Source: Giardia intestinalis
Taxonomy: Eukaryota
Reading direction: 5' to 3' (one strand)
Assembly: GCA_000002435.2 (NCBI GenBank)
Contig: CM018793.1
Length of the DNA: 64,000 bases
The notes beneath the pieces were generated by a model. It saw nothing but the letters and a program-made list of their open reading frames with translations. It did no database searches and was not told the origin of the DNA. Position 1 is the first letter of the stretch. Every line of letters starts with the position of its first letter. Both the position numbers and the translations under genes were made by a program. Below are positions 59,632 to 64,000 of this stretch, in pieces.

Positions 59632-60664
59632 GCGTCATTGTGTGTGGCTTATATAAATGTGCTGCTGGGGCTATCTGAGCGTGGCCCAGAGGTCGTGCGG
59701 GTGAGCCCGCTCCTTCCTGGCCAGTCCAGGAACGATGGCTGGTTTTGGATGATATAATAGGGATCTCCCTTCACTTGTATACCAGGAGTCTTTTGCGTCC
59801 CTCAGTTGTTCCGCAGAGGTGTGCTCAGTTCGAGTGTGCGCGTCGCTCAGCCCAGGATTCAACTTACTTGTCCATCTGCATTGTCCACCATTGGTGCCAC
59901 TTCTTGGTCTACCGCTCTGATGCCGGAGGGTCCCAGTAGTTGATGACCCTGGACTGACGCCTCGACAGACCGAAGCATCAGCCCAAGTGTGCTGTGCAGT
60001 GCAGATGGACCAGCCCACACGTCACTGAGCCAGACGCACTGCACAGGGTGAGCGTCGACACGGTCTCGTACTGGATGACGGACCACCTGCAAGAGCGCAC
60101 TGCGATCCATGAGCAGAGGACCATACTTCTCCCCCGATACCAACGCATAGGAGCTGTCCGCCGGCATCCACGAACGCGTACTATGACTCCAAGATAGAGG
60201 CGCACGGGGAGCATACCCTCCGATCATACTCGGAACCGATGATCGCTTCATGGGGAGACAAAGAGGTGCCCCGAGGAACGGGATAGGCACCCGAGGTCGT
60301 GGCGTGCGATCTTCGTCACGGAGCACCAGGGCCACGTGGAGGCCAGGCTGCTGTGACCGACGGTAGCCCCGAGACAACAGGTGCTCACTAGATATCAGAC
60401 GATGGTTGACCCCGACGGGCCAGAGGATGGGAGGAATCTAGAGGCACCGCGAGGAGCGGCAGGTCCCGGGGGAGACAGGATATAGGAGTTCTCCCGCCGG
60501 GATCGAGGGCATCCGACTCTCGGATTTCTGATCTCAGCTATTGTATGAGCGAGAGGCTTGCCCAGGGCGGCAATGGCTCGCATGAAAAGACCACTCCGGT
60601 AGCAGGCGACAACCCCGCCTCATTAAAATTTACTCTTCCCTAACCTCGTCTCTCTAGATATCTG

Positions 60665-61219
60665 ATGGTAGGCCCATTTGACAGTCTTGCAGATGCATTA
60701 ATACGACAGATGAACCTCCAGTTGGAGGACATGCGGCACAATGGAGAATACTCTCTCCTTCTAAGGATCATTCGGGGCCAGACCTCATTAACAGACAGAG
60801 TTGCCAAGAACCAAGAAGCACTATCTGTTGCCCGGAAGAAAGCAGGGGCAATTTTGACTGTATCACGACCTAAGCCACAAACTGACCCTGGATTTATTCA
60901 GAGAACGCAAAAAGCCCTTGAAGAAACACAGGACGCTATCCAGGAGACTCAGCGAAATATAGAGCGTCTCGAAGCCCAGCTAAAAGATGTTACTGCCAAG
61001 ACTGCAAACAAGGATGAATTACGACGTGCTGCATTGACTCTAGCAGACAGAGAAAATGCGGGTAGGGAGGAGCTCGTTGAACTTTATCACAGCATATCGG
61101 GAGTACACTGGGATCAGCCCGACTTGGGATATGTGCTTAGCGAGGAGATTGCAAAACCCATCCGTTTCAGCTCCTGTGTCGATGCCACCAACCAGCTCTG
61201 GGAAATGATTAACATGTAG
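60665..61219 (+). CDS. hypothetical coiled-coil protein (184 aa)
   Basis: Central heptad region (QKALEETQDAIQETQRNIERLEAQLKDVTAK) plus small C-terminal globular part; family uncertain. Confidence 0.45.
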   Translation: MVGPFDSLADALIRQMNLQLEDMRHNGEYSLLLRIIRGQTSLTDRVAKNQEALSVARKKAGAILTVSRPKPQTDPGFIQRTQKALEETQDAIQETQRNIERLEAQLKDVTAKTANKDELRRAALTLADRENAGREELVELYHSISGVHWDQPDLGYVLSEEIAKPIRFSSCVDATNQLWEMINM

Positions 61220-61250
61220 TGACTACATTCACTTCTTACTATGGCTCCGG

Positions 61251-63101
61251 TCATCTTGCCTTTTTCCATCTACTATCTTTGGTAGGAATGCGTACGGGTT
61301 CTGCTAGTTTCCCTTTGCCACGCCCCTTTCCGATTCCTCTGCGAGGCATCATGGGCTTTCTCACTGGGCCCAGCCCTTGTTTCATTGCCCTTGCTGCCCG
61401 TGCATCCGCTCTTCGCATCCGCTCTGTCTTGTGTGACCCGATTGCAAAACTTCCCTGGTAAGTAGAGCGTATTCCCTCTGCATTGGGAAGTAAATAAGAG
61501 GGGACGAATTTCAGGTGCATTGTCATCTGACGTTGTCTTTCTATGAGGGGGTTCGTTTTGATCCGTTTAATCAGGGCCATATCTTTGCTCTGCTGGCTGA
61601 AGTACTTTCGTAAGGAATCTGAAGCCAAAATCTCTGCCTTTATCTCAGAAAGCCGATATTCCTTAATGGCGGAGGGTGTTAGTCCATGCAGCACATCCAC
61701 AACACGGTAGCGGAAGCTCTCCAGGGCTTGGATATTGAACTGAAATGGTGCGAGGAGCTCTTTTCCAAACTCTTCGCGCTGCGCCCGCAATACGTCAAGG
61801 ACGACATCACGATTATCCTTACTATCTTCATGGATAATAGTTATAGCGTGCCCGCAAGGATTGGCGCCACGCGCTGTGCGGCCTATTCTATGGATATAGT
61901 TTATGCTAGACACTGGGCAGTCGAAGTTTAGCACTACATCGACTCTCGTGAAGTCCAGCCCTCTGAAAATTCCGGCCTCCTTTGAGGCTGATGGCGCTGA
62001 TGCTTGCTTCTCTGCTGGGGTGCTAGGGTCATGCTCGGCAGCTTTTGTTGCCATGCTCGAACTATCTGCCTCTTGCACACCTTCAGTTTCCTTATTATCA
62101 GAAGCTTTAGTACCATCTTTGGTATCACTTTTGGTATCATCCTTGGCACTATCCCTGATACTGTCATCAACCGCAATAAGAACATACTCTGCTCCAAGGT
62201 TGTAGCCTTCAATGACTGCTTGCCGAGTCGAGACAGGAAGCTCTGGATTATAAAGAAATGCCTTCTGGCCGAATCGGTACAAGAACAATTTAAGCTTGTA
62301 CGCTGTAGTGACAGAGTTGACAAAGATCACAATGTATCCGCGAAGAATTTGCAGCTTGACAAGGGCATATATTAGCATGTATTTTTTCTCTGTTGTGTCT
62401 AGAGATATTAGATGTTGGACTGGCTGTGTAAGGAGCTTTTGCTCCGTCTCCTCTAGCTTGATAAGCTTTGGCGATCGTAAATGTAGATTGACTATGTTCT
62501 CCAGTTTTTGGTCAAGGGTTGCTGAAAGAAAGAACTTCTGAGCTGACGCGGGCAAATATTCGAGGAGAGCCTCTAGATCGGGACCGTAGTCCATGTCAAA
62601 GATCAAGTCTGCCTCATCGCATACAAACTGGACGATGTTCTTGAGAGAGATCTTGCTGTCTTTGATAAGGTTCATAACCAAAGATGGAGTGGAGATGAGG
62701 ATCTCTGGCATAGACCGCAGAGTAATTGCTTCTGCAGAAGAATTTTCTCCAAGATAAATCGCTGCGCAGGTGACAGTAAATGCGTTGCTTGAAAACTCCT
62801 TTATTATGGCAAGTAGGACCTCCTCGAGCTGGCGACAGAGCTCACGTGTGGGGACCACTATGAGGGCCGTTATGGCGGCCATTGGCTTAACACTCCTAGA
62901 GCGCCCCTGAAGAATGCGATGAAGAATGGCGGTGAGATATATGACAGTCTTCCCGCTACCCGTAAAACTCTGGCAGAGGATATCATTGTGTGCTAAGGCC
63001 TCGGGTATTGCAAGTTTTTGTATAGGTAGTGCCTCATATAAGCCAAGGTTTCGCAGTGCATCGCAGAGTCTAGGATCAATACCGAAGCTCTCCCAATCCA
63101 T
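61251..63101 (-). CDS. DEAD-box ATP-dependent RNA helicase
   Basis: Q-motif region, motif I SFTGSGKT, Ia PTRELCRQ, II DEAD (VCDEADLIFD), III SAT, VI HRIGRTARG, basic K/R-rich C-terminus; ATG behind AATTTAAAAAATG. Confidence 0.9.
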   Translation of the reverse strand: MDWESFGIDPRLCDALRNLGLYEALPIQKLAIPEALAHNDILCQSFTGSGKTVIYLTAILHRILQGRSRSVKPMAAITALIVVPTRELCRQLEEVLLAIIKEFSSNAFTVTCAAIYLGENSSAEAITLRSMPEILISTPSLVMNLIKDSKISLKNIVQFVCDEADLIFDMDYGPDLEALLEYLPASAQKFFLSATLDQKLENIVNLHLRSPKLIKLEETEQKLLTQPVQHLISLDTTEKKYMLIYALVKLQILRGYIVIFVNSVTTAYKLKLFLYRFGQKAFLYNPELPVSTRQAVIEGYNLGAEYVLIAVDDSIRDSAKDDTKSDTKDGTKASDNKETEGVQEADSSSMATKAAEHDPSTPAEKQASAPSASKEAGIFRGLDFTRVDVVLNFDCPVSSINYIHRIGRTARGANPCGHAITIIHEDSKDNRDVVLDVLRAQREEFGKELLAPFQFNIQALESFRYRVVDVLHGLTPSAIKEYRLSEIKAEILASDSLRKYFSQQSKDMALIKRIKTNPLIERQRQMTMHLKFVPSYLLPNAEGIRSTYQGSFAIGSHKTERMRRADARAARAMKQGLGPVRKPMMPRRGIGKGRGKGKLAEPVRIPTKDSRWKKAR

Positions 63102-63383
63102 TTTTTAAATTTCAATTATTACAAACTCATACTCATTAGAAAGCTTCTGAATGTAGGAGTCTGCGCTTTCTCCGGCCAATATATTTATGTTCCGCCAGTC
63201 TAAAAAGCAGCTCGCATGCAGTTTCTGATGGATAGGATGTGGCTTTCTGTGATCGGGGCCACAGAATCGAAACGACAATCAAGAGTGTCATACAGTATTA
63301 CCATTCGCTCATCATTATGTTGGATTAATTGGCCTGTAGAGAAGCATTATCACGAATGAATCACCTTGCTTCATCATTTGGAA

Positions 63384-63977
63384 TTACTTTACAGGGCCAC
63401 TTGCATCATCCTTGTTGCTCATTTTCTTTTCAAAAAGTGCATATAAATTGCTTATGCTTTCAATCTGTTTCATCAATATAGAATTTCTAATAAGAATGTT
63501 ATCATATCTTGATAACTCGGCTGTAAGCTTATTAAAGACCATCACATCCTCTGGTATTAGTGGATCCGGTGATATCAGTGAAGCAGATTTATCGGCGGTC
63601 TCTGCCTCTACCTCCAGGGTGTCATGTAAAAGAGCTACAGAACCAGTGGCTCTTGAGCAGTTTTCAGCGTTCTGGATCGTATCCTTTGGCGGCTTCCTGC
63701 ACAGCTGATAGCTAGATTTGCATGGCTTACAGCAGCACATAAAGCACCTGACACACAGTGGGCAAAGCCTCACAAAAAGGGGGACAAAAATGATGAGTAG
63801 GATGATTGACATGATAAGCAAAAGAATTCGCCCAACCCTCGTCGTAAAAAACAGCCTTACAATTTCAAAGAAGCCCTTCCCCTTCAGCTTTTCAAAGAAC
63901 TCTATTACGTCCCGGAAAACTGTGTTTTTCCACGACGGAACTTCAGGATCAGCAAAAACAAAGTCGTCGAGACACAT
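63384..63977 (-). CDS. hypothetical membrane protein with Cys-rich juxtamembrane segment (197 aa)
   Basis: TM helix ILLLIMSIILLIIFVPLFV followed by CPLCVRCFMCCCKPC; N-terminus close to the window edge. Confidence 0.4.
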   Translation of the reverse strand: MCLDDFVFADPEVPSWKNTVFRDVIEFFEKLKGKGFFEIVRLFFTTRVGRILLLIMSIILLIIFVPLFVRLCPLCVRCFMCCCKPCKSSYQLCRKPPKDTIQNAENCSRATGSVALLHDTLEVEAETADKSASLISPDPLIPEDVMVFNKLTAELSRYDNILIRNSILMKQIESISNLYALFEKKMSNKDDASGPVK

Positions 63978-64000
63978 GTAAAGCTTGTTATCTTCACGCG

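Noticed and set aside
1-64000. Prokaryotic-style novel system (operon, defence island, CRISPR, toxin-antitoxin, mobile element)
   Set aside because: There are no Shine-Dalgarno or operon structures, no CRISPR repeats, no integrase or transposase. Gene content and signals (VSP CRGKA, AGTAAAC poly(A) sites, AT-rich initiators, kinesin, proteasome, ribosomal proteins) are those of Giardia nuclear DNA.
1-64000. Alternative diplomonad genetic code (TAA/TAG = Gln, as in Hexamitinae)
   Set aside because: Long ORFs terminate cleanly at TAA/TAG right before AGTAAAC poly(A) motifs (e.g. 954-956, 21409-21411, 59608-59610), and the CRGKA VSP tail is Giardia-specific; the standard code fits.

Overview
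This window is compact, intron-poor eukaryotic nuclear DNA with the hallmarks of the diplomonad Giardia intestinalis (lamblia), not a prokaryotic locus. The evidence: (i) a cysteine-rich CXXC surface protein with signal peptide, GGCY motif, C-terminal TM helix and the invariant CRGKA tail, i.e. a variant-specific surface protein (VSP); (ii) many genes start at an ATG directly preceded by a short AT-rich tract (AAAATG, TTAAAAAATG); (iii) divergent gene pairs share 12-31 bp promoters; (iv) the Giardia poly(A) signal AGTAAAC sits a few nt after several stop codons; (v) the standard genetic code is used (ORFs end at TAA/TAG). I call about 38 protein genes on both strands with roughly 85% coding density. 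Confident calls: kinesin, Rpt-type proteasome AAA ATPase, ribosomal proteins eL43 (L37a) and uS5 (S2), Mrt4, a 7Fe-type ferredoxin, DHHC palmitoyltransferase, DEAD-box helicase, an ankyrin-RING E3, a Rad51-paralog-like ATPase and the VSP. Weaker calls: SPCS2-like, prefoldin-like, SNARE-like and RRM proteins. The rest are large Giardia-type hypothetical proteins of 1000-2800 aa (coiled-coil, S/T-rich, multi-TM). Most worth a second look: a VSP gene carrying five tandem 105-bp (35-aa) repeats, four of them identical, flanked by about 0.6 kb upstream and about 1 kb downstream of GC-rich ORF-free DNA; a small gene split by a single in-frame TAA followed immediately by ATG; an unusually long 670-bp intergenic region with a triple TCATGTACT motif and a candidate small-RNA signature; a 12-bp bidirectional promoter; and a Rad51-paralog-like gene whose 3' end overlaps the next gene. 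Caveat on the ORF track: several ORFs begin at TTG/GTG rather than ATG, so I re-anchored their starts to the first ATG.
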